Assembly: GCA_965202625.1 (NCBI GenBank)
Contig: CBDBBI010000010.1
Coordinates: 1,536,001-1,600,000 of the forward strand
DNA from: a bacterium
GTDB lineage: Bacteria; UBA8248
Length of the DNA stretch: 64,000 nt
Reading direction: 5' to 3'
Shown here: in pieces, positions 44,246-54,167 of the stretch
How the letters are laid out: each line of letters starts with the position of its first letter
Position numbering within the stretch: the first letter of the stretch is position 1
Program-made: the position numbers and the translations under genes
Notes under the pieces: model-generated
Told to the model about the DNA's origin: nothing
Seen by the model: the letters and a program-made list of their open reading frames with translations, nothing else
Database searches by the model: none

Positions 44246-46157
44246 AGACCGTCAGATCGGCAAAATCAGACTCCGCCTCGAGCATCTTGCGAGCCGCTTG
44301 GGTAATGTCGCCCGGCGTCAGCGCGCAATCCTCACGCTGGAGTTGAGGCGCCCCGTGTTCGATAAAGCGATCGGGAATGCCCAAGATCGTGACGGGAACG
44401 TCCCGAATCCCGCGCGCTGCCAAGAGTTCCAGGACGCCGGCCCCCATTCCGCCGATGCGCGTGCCCTCCTCAATCGTCACAATGCGCCCGCACCTTCGGA
44501 CAAGCTCCAAAATTTTCTCCTCATCCATCGGCTTCACAAAGCGAAGGTTCAGAACCGACGCCTGTATTCCGAGTTGCGCCAGCTGCTCGGCGGATTCCAT
44601 CGCAAGGCCCACCATGGGGCCCAAAGCGATGAACGCCACGTCATCGCCACCACGAAGCAGCTCCGCCTCTGCGATGGGAATCGTCTCGACGTCCTCCCCC
44701 ATCGGAACCCCCTCGCCGGAACCACGCGCGAAGCGCACCGCCGCCGGCCCCGGATGTTCAATCGCGGTCAAAACCATTTTTTGCAGTTCATCTTCGTCCC
44801 TGGGCGACATGATGACCATGTTCGGCAAACACCGAAGATAGGCCAAATCATAGGCGCCCTGGTGGGTGGGGCCGTCATCCCCTACAAGACCGGCTCTGTC
44901 TATCGCAAAGGCGACGGGCACGTTCGTGAGGCAGACATCGTGGATAATTTGATCATAGGCGCGTTGTAGAAACGTGCTGTAGATGGCGACGACCGGCTTC
45001 ATCCCCTGAAGCGCCAGTCCGGTTGCGAACGTCACCGCATGTTGTTCGCACATCCCTACGTCGAAGCAGCGCTCGGGCAACGCCTTTTGATAGTTCACAA
45101 GCGCCGTCCCCTCAAGCATGGCCGCCGAGATGGCCACTATCTTTTCATCCTTCTCGCTGAGTTTGATCATCGCATCGGCAAAAACTTTGGAGTAGCTCGG
45201 AGGTCCAGGCGCTTTTCGATAAAATTTGCCGGAACCAGGGTCAAATTTCGTCACGCCATGATACGTGATGGGCTTCGCTTGGCTATAAGGATACCCGTGG
45301 CCTTTGCGGGTGACGACGTGAATCAGATTGGGGCCATCCAAATTCTTCACGTTTCTGAGAGTGGGGAGCAGCAAATCCAGCCTGTGGCCGTCCACCGGAC
45401 CAATATACCGAAAACCCAGTTCCTCGAACAAAATACCCGGCACGATGATATTCTTCAGGGATTCCTCCACCCTGTCCATGAGCGTGACGGCATGAGCGCC
45501 CACCATGGGGAGGTGACCCAATATTTTTTGCACCTCATCACGCACCTTGCGCGCCCGGTTCGCCCATTCACCCGTCATGATGCGCGCCAGATAGGAACAC
45601 ATGGCGCCTACGTTGGGCGAGATTCCCATTTTGTTGTCATTGAGAATCACGGTGAGATTCCTCTTGACGTCCCCCGCGTTGTTGAGCGCCTCCATCGCCA
45701 TACCGGCAGTCAAGCTGCCATCCCCGATGATGGCAACAACCTCAAAATCATCGCCCGAGAGATCTCGCGCCGTCGCCATACCGAGCGCCGCCGATATGGA
45801 CGTGCCTCCGTGCGCCACGTTCAGATGGTCATATTCGCTCTCCCGCCTGTCCGGAAAACCGGCGATTCCTTTCCATTGCCTCAGCGTATGGAAACGATCC
45901 CGGCGTCCGGTCAATATCTTGTGCGTATATGCCTGATGGCCCACGTCCCAAATCAACTTATCCCGTGGCGTGTCGTAGAGATAATGAAGCGCGACGACGA
46001 GCTCCGCAGCTCCGAGGGAAGCACTAAGATGCCCCCCCGTGTCGGACGTCACCTGGATGACGAGGTCGCGAAGCTCCTCCACGACCTGGGGAAGCTGATT
46101 TTCCGGCAGTTTTCTCAAATCCGCCGGGCTATCAATGCGATCGAGCAGTTCGCCCAT
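44223..46157 (-). CDS. dxs: 1-deoxy-D-xylulose-5-phosphate synthase
   Basis: GGHL, WDVGHQAY, IGDGSLT..EALNN, YSTFLQRAYDQ, DGPTHQG. Confidence 0.97.
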   Translation of the reverse strand: MGELLDRIDSPADLRKLPENQLPQVVEELRDLVIQVTSDTGGHLSASLGAAELVVALHYLYDTPRDKLIWDVGHQAYTHKILTGRRDRFHTLRQWKGIAGFPDRRESEYDHLNVAHGGTSISAALGMATARDLSGDDFEVVAIIGDGSLTAGMAMEALNNAGDVKRNLTVILNDNKMGISPNVGAMCSYLARIMTGEWANRARKVRDEVQKILGHLPMVGAHAVTLMDRVEESLKNIIVPGILFEELGFRYIGPVDGHRLDLLLPTLRNVKNLDGPNLIHVVTRKGHGYPYSQAKPITYHGVTKFDPGSGKFYRKAPGPPSYSKVFADAMIKLSEKDEKIVAISAAMLEGTALVNYQKALPERCFDVGMCEQHAVTFATGLALQGMKPVVAIYSTFLQRAYDQIIHDVCLTNVPVAFAIDRAGLVGDDGPTHQGAYDLAYLRCLPNMVIMSPRDEDELQKMVLTAIEHPGPAAVRFARGSGEGVPMGEDVETIPIAEAELLRGGDDVAFIALGPMVGLAMESAEQLAQLGIQASVLNLRFVKPMDEEKILELVRRCGRIVTIEEGTRIGGMGAGVLELLAARGIRDVPVTILGIPDRFIEHGAPQLQREDCALTPGDITQAARKMLEAESDFADLTVYGKKTEA

Positions 46158-46349
46158 CCCGTCTCTCGCCAAGGGGACTCTCCTCAAAGCGTGTTTTCAC
46201 GGCGTTACGCGAACATCCCCAATTTTAATATTCTGCTCCCATAAAAGGAACTTATCACAAATGGGGGCTGATTATCATGGGGGGGGAAGAATTTCTATCG
46301 TTTTGCTTGCTGCGAGCAAAATGATCACAAGTAGTGGCTGACCATCCCG

Positions 46350-47264
46350 TCAGAACCCGCGCAAGACGATGAACCGCGCGAGGGAGGCCAACGCAGACCC
46401 TCCATTCGGAAAAATTTCAAGCGCTTGCAGCGCTCCCTCACAAGCCGAACGCGCCAGGCGTTTCGACGTTTCCATGCCATATAAGCCCGGATAGGTCGCC
46501 TTATCCAACTCCTCATCCGAGCCCGTGGGTTTTCCCATGCACTTCGCATCGCCTTCCACGTCCAAAATGTCATCCACGATTTGAAACGCCAGTCCAATTT
46601 TCTCGCCATAAACGCTCAGTGCCGCCATCTGCGCCTGATCGCCCCCTCCGAGGAGACCTCCCAGGCAAACGGAAACTCTCAAAAGCGCCCCCGTTTTCCT
46701 TTTGTGAATTTCCTCCAGGCGCGCGGCCTCGTTGCCCCGACCATTCGCCCAGACGTCCAGGAGCTGTCCCCCCACCATACCCGTCGCGCCAGCCGCCTCG
46801 GCGAGCATACGAATAGCCTTGACATGACGCTTAGGCGGAATCTTTTCTTCCATATCCTCGCTCGCCATGAACGCAAAGGCCAGCGTCTGTAAACCATCAC
46901 CCGCCAGAATCGCCGCCGCCTCGCCATAGACTTTGTGATTCGTGGGGATTCCCCGCCTGAACGCATCGTCGTCCATCGCGGGCAAATCATCATGGATCAA
47001 CGAATAAGAATGAATACATTCCAGGGCACAGGCAGCGGGCAAGATAGATTCGGGGTCCCCGCCAACGGCCTCACATCCAGCCAAGCAAAGCACGGGGCGC
47101 AAGCGCTTCCCCCCTGCAAAAAGGCTGTAGCGCATGACCTCGAACATCTCGGGCGGTTCGGATGCTTTTGGCACAAACCGATCCAGCTCTTCCTCCACGC
47201 GCCTTGCCCAGCCGCTTAGGTAGGCCGCCGCATCGACGCCGTCGGAAACCTCCGCTTCATTCAT
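46350..47264 (-). CDS. ispA: Farnesyl diphosphate synthase / polyprenyl synthase
   Basis: GGKRLRP, HDDLPAMDDD..RRG, FQIVDDILD. Confidence 0.93.
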   Translation of the reverse strand: MNEAEVSDGVDAAAYLSGWARRVEEELDRFVPKASEPPEMFEVMRYSLFAGGKRLRPVLCLAGCEAVGGDPESILPAACALECIHSYSLIHDDLPAMDDDAFRRGIPTNHKVYGEAAAILAGDGLQTLAFAFMASEDMEEKIPPKRHVKAIRMLAEAAGATGMVGGQLLDVWANGRGNEAARLEEIHKRKTGALLRVSVCLGGLLGGGDQAQMAALSVYGEKIGLAFQIVDDILDVEGDAKCMGKPTGSDEELDKATYPGLYGMETSKRLARSACEGALQALEIFPNGGSALASLARFIVLRGF

Positions 47265-47523
47265 CGTCTTCCTCGTCAAGCGACTTCAAGGAAAACGACT
47301 CTTGCGGCTCCCCCACGAGCTCCTCCACCCTCTTTTGCGCCGCGCTCAACTGCTCTCGACTATATCGGAAGAGCCTCACCCCTTCCTCATACAGCGAAAC
47401 CGCCTCTTCCAACGAGGGTTTTCCGCCCTCAAGTTCTTCCACAATGGCTTCCAAACGCTCTAACGCATTCTCAAAGCTCTCCGGTTCCGCCTCGGGCTTT
47501 GCGGATGCATTCGCGTCGCTCAT
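47257..47523 (-). CDS. xseB: Exodeoxyribonuclease VII small subunit
   Basis: SFENALERLEAIVEELE..SLEEAVSLYEEG. Confidence 0.95.
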   Translation of the reverse strand: MSDANASAKPEAEPESFENALERLEAIVEELEGGKPSLEEAVSLYEEGVRLFRYSREQLSAAQKRVEELVGEPQESFSLKSLDEEDDE

Positions 47524-48920
47524 GAGCACTCCCCCTCTGAAAAGACTTTCTCTACCCGGCACGACAAAGCGCCTTGCGACAAGCGAATCCGAATGGATTC
47601 CCGTTCCCTCACGCGCCTGGCGTCTTTGATGAGCGCGCCGTCGGATTCCTTGTAGGTCAAGCTATACCCCCGCGCCAGAACTGCGAGCGGCGACACGATT
47701 TCAAGGCGTCTCGCAGCGGCATCGAGCGCGTCCATTCTGCGGCCCATAAAGGGCGCGCACGCCGCGCGCAGGCGTTTCGCATGATCTTCCATCCTTGATT
47801 TGAAAATTTCGATTTTTCCCCTTGGCGCCATCGCCCGCAGTCTTGGCGCCATTCCGGCCAGGTGCATCCGCCCCATTTGCTGGCGATGCTCCGCTTCCCT
47901 ACCCATGCGTTCATAGAGAGTGTCCAGGCGTTGGGCCAACATCTCGAGCGGCGCCTCCGGCCTTCTGAACGCAGGACCTTCGAGCAAGCGAGAGAGTCTA
48001 GCCTCGAGTGAATCCAGCTGTTCCGTCATCGCCCGCCGCATACCATCAAGCGCATCCTCCAAATCCCGGGCGCCCCCCTCCCAGCCTCTGGCCACGCGTT
48101 CGGCCGCCGCCGTAGGTGTAGACGCTGATTCATCGGCCACCAAATCGCTAAGCGACGTATCCACCTCATGGCCCACCGCCGAAATGAGCGGCGTTTCACA
48201 CCCGGAGATCGCTCGCGCCACCTCCTCTTCATTAAACGCCCACAAGTCCTTCCGGCTGCCGCCGCCGCGGCCGATGATAATGAGATCGACGGAACGTTCC
48301 ATGTTAGCGAGGCCTTTGTCCGCTCTTCGAATCGCCCCTGCGATAGAAGACGCGGCGCCATCCCCCTGCACCGGCGTGTGAACGAGGAGAAGCGCGACAA
48401 TCGGCGCCCGCTCTCTGAAAACCCGCAGCATATCCTGGAGAGCGGCTCCTTCCCTGCTCGTCACCAACGCGACGCGACGCGGGCGCTCAGGTATCTCTTT
48501 TCTTCGTTCAGGGCCGAACAAACCCTCTTTTTCCAGTCGCTCGCGCAGCTGACGAAAAGCGACCTCGAGCGCGCCTTCCCCCAAAGGCTCCATGGAAAGC
48601 GCCGAGACCTGAAAACGACCCTCTTTCTCATAAAGCGTCACCCGGCAACGAACCATCACGCGCATGCCCACTTCGGGCGCAAAACGCAAAAACCGCCCAC
48701 GGGCCGAAAACATCACGGCGTCTACCTTCGAGACGGCGTCTTTCAAGTCAAAGTAGGAGTGCCCTGATGGATAAGTGCGCCAAGAAGAAATTTCTCCCTC
48801 GACCAGCACCTCTCCAAATTCCCCTTCCAACAGTTCTTTCACCCGCGCGTTGAGTTGCGAGACGGTGAACACCGCAGGCGTTGCTTGAGGCGCATTATCT
48901 CCCAGGAGATCCACGTTCAT
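47520..48920 (-). CDS. xseA: Exodeoxyribonuclease VII large subunit
   Basis: VEGEIS, SGHSYFDLKD, RGGGS, SAVGHE, TPTAAA, SPLAVLARGYS. Confidence 0.96.
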   Translation of the reverse strand: MNVDLLGDNAPQATPAVFTVSQLNARVKELLEGEFGEVLVEGEISSWRTYPSGHSYFDLKDAVSKVDAVMFSARGRFLRFAPEVGMRVMVRCRVTLYEKEGRFQVSALSMEPLGEGALEVAFRQLRERLEKEGLFGPERRKEIPERPRRVALVTSREGAALQDMLRVFRERAPIVALLLVHTPVQGDGAASSIAGAIRRADKGLANMERSVDLIIIGRGGGSRKDLWAFNEEEVARAISGCETPLISAVGHEVDTSLSDLVADESASTPTAAAERVARGWEGGARDLEDALDGMRRAMTEQLDSLEARLSRLLEGPAFRRPEAPLEMLAQRLDTLYERMGREAEHRQQMGRMHLAGMAPRLRAMAPRGKIEIFKSRMEDHAKRLRAACAPFMGRRMDALDAAARRLEIVSPLAVLARGYSLTYKESDGALIKDARRVRERESIRIRLSQGALSCRVEKVFSEGECS

Positions 48921-48952
48921 CCGAAAACCCCCGCCGCCGTGCCGTCTCCCCT

Positions 48953-49810
48953 TCACGATTGAAGGGAATAGGCACGCGCTGTGTTCCTCATCAACATGGC
49001 GACCGTCATTGGCCCCACCCCGCCCGGCACCGGCGTGATGGCTGACGCTTTCTCGCACAAAGACCCAAAATCACAATCGCCGACCAACTCTCCATTCACC
49101 CGATTGATGCCGACGTCGACCACGGTCGCTCCTTCTCGAATCATATCCGCGGTCAAGAATTTCGGCCTCCCCAAGGCGGCCACCACGACGTCGGCTCCTC
49201 GCGTGATCGCGGGAATATTCCGGGTTCTGGAATGACATATCGTCACTGTCGCGTTCTCATGCAGCATGAGAATGGACAGGGGAAGCCCCACGATCTTGCT
49301 ACGCCCGATGAGGACGGCCTTTTTCCCCTCCAGACCCACGTTATAGAACTTCAGAATCTCAAGCACCCCCGCGGGCGTGCAGGGCTTGAGCGCGCCTTGC
49401 CTGAGCGCCAGTTTCCCAAAATTCTCCGGATGAAAGACGTCGACATCTTTTTCAGGGGAGACCGTCCGCAACACTTCCTCCTCGTTCAAATGGGCGGGAA
49501 GAGGCAACTGCACCAATATCCCATCCACTCTCCCGTCATGATTCAAATCTGCAATGAGAGAGATGAGGTCCCCCTGGCTCGTATTCTCCGCCAGGCGATG
49601 ATCGTAGGTTTCGATGCCAAGTTTCCTGGCGGAACGGCCTTTGATGCGGACATATACATGGGAGGCGGGGTCCTCCCCCACAAGAACGACGGCGAGGCCC
49701 GGGGGGCGACCCATCCGGGGCAGCAGCCCATCAATGAAGGTTTCCAGCTCCTCCATCACTTTCTCCGCCACGGGCTTACCTTTCAGGAGCAAGGCCACCG
49801 CCATTTTCAT
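48953..49810 (-). CDS. folD: Methylenetetrahydrofolate dehydrogenase/cyclohydrolase
   Basis: GILVQLPLP, KDVD, PCTP, GRSKIVG, TPVPGGVGPMT. Confidence 0.97.
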   Translation of the reverse strand: MKMAVALLLKGKPVAEKVMEELETFIDGLLPRMGRPPGLAVVLVGEDPASHVYVRIKGRSARKLGIETYDHRLAENTSQGDLISLIADLNHDGRVDGILVQLPLPAHLNEEEVLRTVSPEKDVDVFHPENFGKLALRQGALKPCTPAGVLEILKFYNVGLEGKKAVLIGRSKIVGLPLSILMLHENATVTICHSRTRNIPAITRGADVVVAALGRPKFLTADMIREGATVVDVGINRVNGELVGDCDFGSLCEKASAITPVPGGVGPMTVAMLMRNTARAYSLQS

Positions 49811-49856
49811 CCTTTGTCATGGACGCATCAAAGACGCGTTTGATCGCACTCGGTGC

Positions 49857-50828
49857 CTAGAGCAAAATCTTTCCATCCTTGATGAGCAACTGATCATCCG
49901 CCCACACCGTGGGGTTGTCAAAAATCATGTCAATATGGAGCGGAGCGTCCACCTCGCCTCCGATGCTCCCACTATCTCCCACCGCCATGTGGCAAGTCCC
50001 CCACGTCTTCTTCGCCTCTCGCATCGTCTCCCGAGGCCGACAGGCGGGGTTCGTGCCAATCGCAAATTCCGCCACGTTCTTCGCCAAATCTCCGTTTTCG
50101 TCCAGCAACTTCCAAAATCGCTCTGCGGCGCCGCTTCCCGTGATGGACGCCACCTTTCCATCCTTGACCTCAAGCCTGATGGGCTCGGTGACAAACCCCA
50201 AATCTTTTCGCTCAATCGAAAAAGGATTCACCATCACGCCGTTGGACGTGCCCTCCAAGGGGCTCATCGCCGCTTCTCCATCGGGACACGCCGCAAACTC
50301 TCCAGGTTTTCGCGCCACGCCAACGAGAGGAAAACAGGTTCTCCCCTCCAGAGAAAAACGCATGTCGCATCCATCCGGCGTGGTAAACCGGCCCGATTTG
50401 GCCTCGGTGTATATGTCGGAAATCTCCCTCGTGACGCGGGCGACCTCATCATAATCCGCCAAAGCGCCGCCAGCGACCATCATGTCCTCGCGCCATCCCC
50501 ACATGTCCAGAACGCGCGCCCCTCTTTTGAGCGCGTTCCTCGCCGTTTCGGTATGAATCGTGGCGAAACTCGTCTGAAGTATCACTACGTCAGAGGCCGC
50601 CATCGCCGCCCCCACATGGGGCAACGGGTCTATTCCGCCGTTCAGGTGAGGAGGCATGTGCATAATGGACAACCGAGCACCCGCCGCGCTCAAGGCGTGC
50701 GCGAGAGCCTCTGTGATAGAAGCGGGACGATCCGAATCCGCGACAAGAAGCGCCAATTCGCCCTCTCTCACGTCAAGAACCTGCTCCACAATTCGCCGCG
50801 CGGTAGGCGCCATGTTGTATTTTATCAT
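49857..50828 (-). CDS. Leucyl-aminopeptidase-like (M29-related) metalloenzyme
   Basis: PDGEA, AEFAIGTN, EAKK.GTCHMAVGD, HID. Confidence 0.8.
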   Translation of the reverse strand: MIKYNMAPTARRIVEQVLDVREGELALLVADSDRPASITEALAHALSAAGARLSIMHMPPHLNGGIDPLPHVGAAMAASDVVILQTSFATIHTETARNALKRGARVLDMWGWREDMMVAGGALADYDEVARVTREISDIYTEAKSGRFTTPDGCDMRFSLEGRTCFPLVGVARKPGEFAACPDGEAAMSPLEGTSNGVMVNPFSIERKDLGFVTEPIRLEVKDGKVASITGSGAAERFWKLLDENGDLAKNVAEFAIGTNPACRPRETMREAKKTWGTCHMAVGDSGSIGGEVDAPLHIDMIFDNPTVWADDQLLIKDGKILL

Positions 50829-51411
50829 CACATCCCCTCTACGCACGGAAAGCCGAAACCAAGGACGCCTCGGCCAGAGAACAGAAACGAGTCGATTTTC
50901 AGAAAAACACCCTTTGGATTTGGTATATTATATGTGCCGACCAAACACCCTCGCAAGGGCGCGGCCTCATATGCGAAAATTGATTGAAGTTCATCCGTTC
51001 GATCAAAAACGAGCGGGCGGACGGCGACCCCCAGAAATCCCCATCTTATCAGTGGACCTCATCATGGAGACGAGAGACGGGGGAGAAAACGTCCTCGACG
51101 TGGAGCTGATTCGCCAATTTCCGCGCACGGTGACCCTCAGTGCGACGAGAGGCGACACAACGTCACGGTGGTATACGCGTGCGCAAGGCTGCTTGGAGTG
51201 CGAGGCGGACGGGTGTTGTCGCCAAACACGCGCTGTCCTCGCAGATTGCGTTTGCTCACGCGGATATACTAAGCAATTATTTTTCAAGGAAGCTCTCAAG
51301 GAACCCCCGCGATGCAGGGCGCGTTCAAACAGGTTCTGCTATCATGGATGAGTCGATGCGGGAGAACATGCCCGTTTCTCCGATTTTCTTTGAGGTAGGG
51401 TTGCGCAGGAT

Positions 51412-52119
51412 ATGAGCTCGCTTTTCGGAATCCTCAGCCGCGCATTCGAATTCATGCAAAAAGACATTGCCGCAGCTGCGGAGCGCGACCCCGCCTGCAG
51501 AACGAAAATGGAGGTCATACTCTGTTATCCGGGATTTCACGCCATATCTTTGCATCGGTTGGCCCACTTCTTCTGGACAAGGCGTCTTCCGTTCGCCGCC
51601 CGCTTGCTCAGCCACCTGAACCGCTTCATCACGGGGGTTGAAATTCACCCGGGCGCCCGAATTGGCGAGGGGTTTTTCATAGACCATGGAATGGGCGTCG
51701 TCATCGGAGAAACAACGCGGATTGGGCAAAATTGCACCCTCTATCAAGGGGTGACGCTCGGCGGAGTGAGCCTTAAAAAAGAAAAAAGACACCCCTCGCT
51801 GGAGGATAACGTCATCGTTGGCGTTGGCGCCCAGGTCCTGGGGCCCCACGTTATTGGCGCCGGCAGCCGCATTGGCGCGAGTTCTGTCGTCATTGCAGAC
51901 GTTCCCCCCGGCTGCACGGTCGTCGGCGTGCCCGCGCGCATCGTCTATCGGGAAGGGCAGGCGCAAACGGACGTCCCGCCTCTCGTCTCTTTTGCACACC
52001 ATGAACTTCCGGATCCGGTGGAGGCGGCCATTCAGACGCTGAACCAGCGCGTAGCGGCTCTTGAGAAAGAGTTGACCCAGGCGCGAGAGCCGGTGCCGGA
52101 ACAATCAGGGACGTCATGA
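51412..52119 (+). CDS. cysE: Serine O-acetyltransferase
   Basis: [29 protein letters not shown]. Confidence 0.95.
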   Translation: MSSLFGILSRAFEFMQKDIAAAAERDPACRTKMEVILCYPGFHAISLHRLAHFFWTRRLPFAARLLSHLNRFITGVEIHPGARIGEGFFIDHGMGVVIGETTRIGQNCTLYQGVTLGGVSLKKEKRHPSLEDNVIVGVGAQVLGPHVIGAGSRIGASSVVIADVPPGCTVVGVPARIVYREGQAQTDVPPLVSFAHHELPDPVEAAIQTLNQRVAALEKELTQAREPVPEQSGTS

Positions 52120-53285
52120 AAACCATTTACATGGACCACAACGCCACCACGCCGCCGCGCCCCGAGGTACTGGCCGCGCTTCAGCCGTATCTGGCCGAGA
52201 AATTCGGAAATCCTAACAGCATCCATCGCTACGGGCGTGAAACCAGAACCGCGATTGAAAACGCCCGCGACCATGCGGCGGCACTCGTCGGCGCCGCGGA
52301 AAGCGAAGAAATCGTCTTCACCTCCGGCGGGACGGAGAGCGACAACTGGGCGCTTCGGGGCATTATCTCCGAGGCGCAGGGAGCAAGCCATATCGTCACG
52401 ACGCAAATCGAGCATGAGGCCGTCCTCACGACGTGCCGAACGCTGGAAGAGGAAGGGGTGCAAGTCACTTACGTGAAGCCGAACCAGAAGGGGCGCGTCT
52501 CGGCCGAGGACGTCGCATCGGCGATTCAGCCAAACACGAGAATCGTGTCCGTCATGTGGGCCAACAACGAGGTCGGCACGATTCAACCGATTCAGGAAAT
52601 CGGCGCTCTGTGCCAGGAGCGCGGAATACTCTTTCACACCGACGCCGTGCAGGCCCTGGGCAAGGAATCCATCGACGTCCAGAAAGCCGGCGTATCCCTG
52701 CTTTCGGCCAGCGGACACAAGATCAACGGCTGTAAGGGAGCGGGCTTTTTGTACGTCAAAAAAGAGACCAGGCTCGGCCCTCTCATCACCGGCGGCGGCC
52801 AGGAGCAAAAATTGCGCTCAGGCACGGAGAACGTCCCCGGCATCGTCGCCATCGGAGAGGCGTGTCGCATCGCAAAAGACGAAGGCGGCCGATTCGCAAA
52901 GAACGTTTCCGCCTTCAGAGATCGGCTTGAAAACGAAATTTGCGAGCGCATCCCCGACGTGTCGATTAACGGCGATCAGGAGCATCGGCTCCCCGGCACG
53001 TCAAACCTCGGGTTCATCGGCACGGAAGGGGAGACGCTCTTGATTCGCCTTGATCTGGAAGGCATCGCCGTGAGCACCGGCGCCGCTTGCAGTTCAGGCT
53101 CTCCGGAGCCCAGCCACGTCTTGCTGGCAATGGGGCTATCCAAAGAAGCCGTCCAGGGCTCGCTGCGGTTCAGCTTAGGATATGGAAACTCGAATGACGA
53201 CGTCGACAGATTGCTCAAAGTGCTGCCGGAAGCCGTCAGCAAAGCGCGCGAGATGGCTCCGCGCCTCAAACTGGCGAAAGCATGA
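52116..53285 (+). CDS. iscS: Cysteine desulfurase (NifS/IscS type)
   Basis: [37 protein letters not shown]. Confidence 0.92.
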   Translation: MKTIYMDHNATTPPRPEVLAALQPYLAEKFGNPNSIHRYGRETRTAIENARDHAAALVGAAESEEIVFTSGGTESDNWALRGIISEAQGASHIVTTQIEHEAVLTTCRTLEEEGVQVTYVKPNQKGRVSAEDVASAIQPNTRIVSVMWANNEVGTIQPIQEIGALCQERGILFHTDAVQALGKESIDVQKAGVSLLSASGHKINGCKGAGFLYVKKETRLGPLITGGGQEQKLRSGTENVPGIVAIGEACRIAKDEGGRFAKNVSAFRDRLENEICERIPDVSINGDQEHRLPGTSNLGFIGTEGETLLIRLDLEGIAVSTGAACSSGSPEPSHVLLAMGLSKEAVQGSLRFSLGYGNSNDDVDRLLKVLPEAVSKAREMAPRLKLAKA

Positions 53286-53294
53286 GGGAAACCC

Positions 53295-53681
53295 TTGTCT
53301 TCCCTAAAAAACGATTACCATTATAACGACGTCGTTCTCGCCCACATCGCGGACCCGCACAACGTCGGCGTCATCGAAGACGCAGACGCCCAGGGAAGCG
53401 GAACGAACCCCGCCTGCGGCGACGAGGTAACGCTTTACCTCAAGTTCGAGGGCGCCGTCGTCTCGGACGCCAAGATGAAAATACTGGGCTGCGGAGCGAT
53501 CACCGCCGCGATGAGCGCATTGACGGACTTCGTGCGCGGCAAAACGGCCGATGCGCTCGCGCGAATCACCGCAGAGGAGATCGCCGAGAGCGTCGGCGGC
53601 CTTCCCTCTCACAAACGCCATTGCGCCGGGCTTGCTCGGCGCGTGCTCCGAAACGCCCTCAAATCCAAAAGCGCGAACTGA
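53295..53681 (+). CDS. iscU: Fe-S scaffold (IscU/NifU_N)
   Basis: NPACGD, GCG, KRHC three-Cys pattern. Confidence 0.88.
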   Translation: MSSLKNDYHYNDVVLAHIADPHNVGVIEDADAQGSGTNPACGDEVTLYLKFEGAVVSDAKMKILGCGAITAAMSALTDFVRGKTADALARITAEEIAESVGGLPSHKRHCAGLARRVLRNALKSKSAN

Positions 53682-53687
53682 TTTTCC

Positions 53688-54149
53688 ATGGGGACTTCAC
53701 GACCCGTCAAAGTCCGCGCACTCGATGGGTTCGAAGGCTGGGCGTTGCGCGCGGACGAGCGGACGACGCCGGAGAACATCGGCCTTCTGCAAGCCCGCCT
53801 GCTCAAAATCTGTGGGAATCTTCCCCGCATGGGCCCCGCCTGCGGACTGGACCACGGAGAGAAGGGGTACGAAGCCTGCTGGAAGGCGCCCTCGGAACTG
53901 CCCGCGCCCGAGGGGCTCTATGAAGCGAGCGTGCCGGAAGGCTGGTATGCGGTGGCGACCCACCACGGAGGCTACGACGCCCTTGGCGACACGTTGAGGG
54001 ACGTCCTCACCCGATGGCTGCCCCACAGCGGATTCAAGAGAAGGGAAGGTCCGTTCATGTATCAATACGTCACCGACCCGCGCGAAACGGCGGAGGAGAA
54101 CCTCAGAACCGAAATTTGCGTTCCCGTCCAACCCGATCCGGTTGCGTAA
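53688..54149 (+). CDS. GyrI-like small-molecule binding protein
   Basis: YAVATHHGGYD, WLPHSG, Y.TDP, LRTEICVPV. Confidence 0.8.
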   Translation: MGTSRPVKVRALDGFEGWALRADERTTPENIGLLQARLLKICGNLPRMGPACGLDHGEKGYEACWKAPSELPAPEGLYEASVPEGWYAVATHHGGYDALGDTLRDVLTRWLPHSGFKRREGPFMYQYVTDPRETAEENLRTEICVPVQPDPVA

Positions 54150-54167
54150 TCCCTCGACTCCAGCCCA

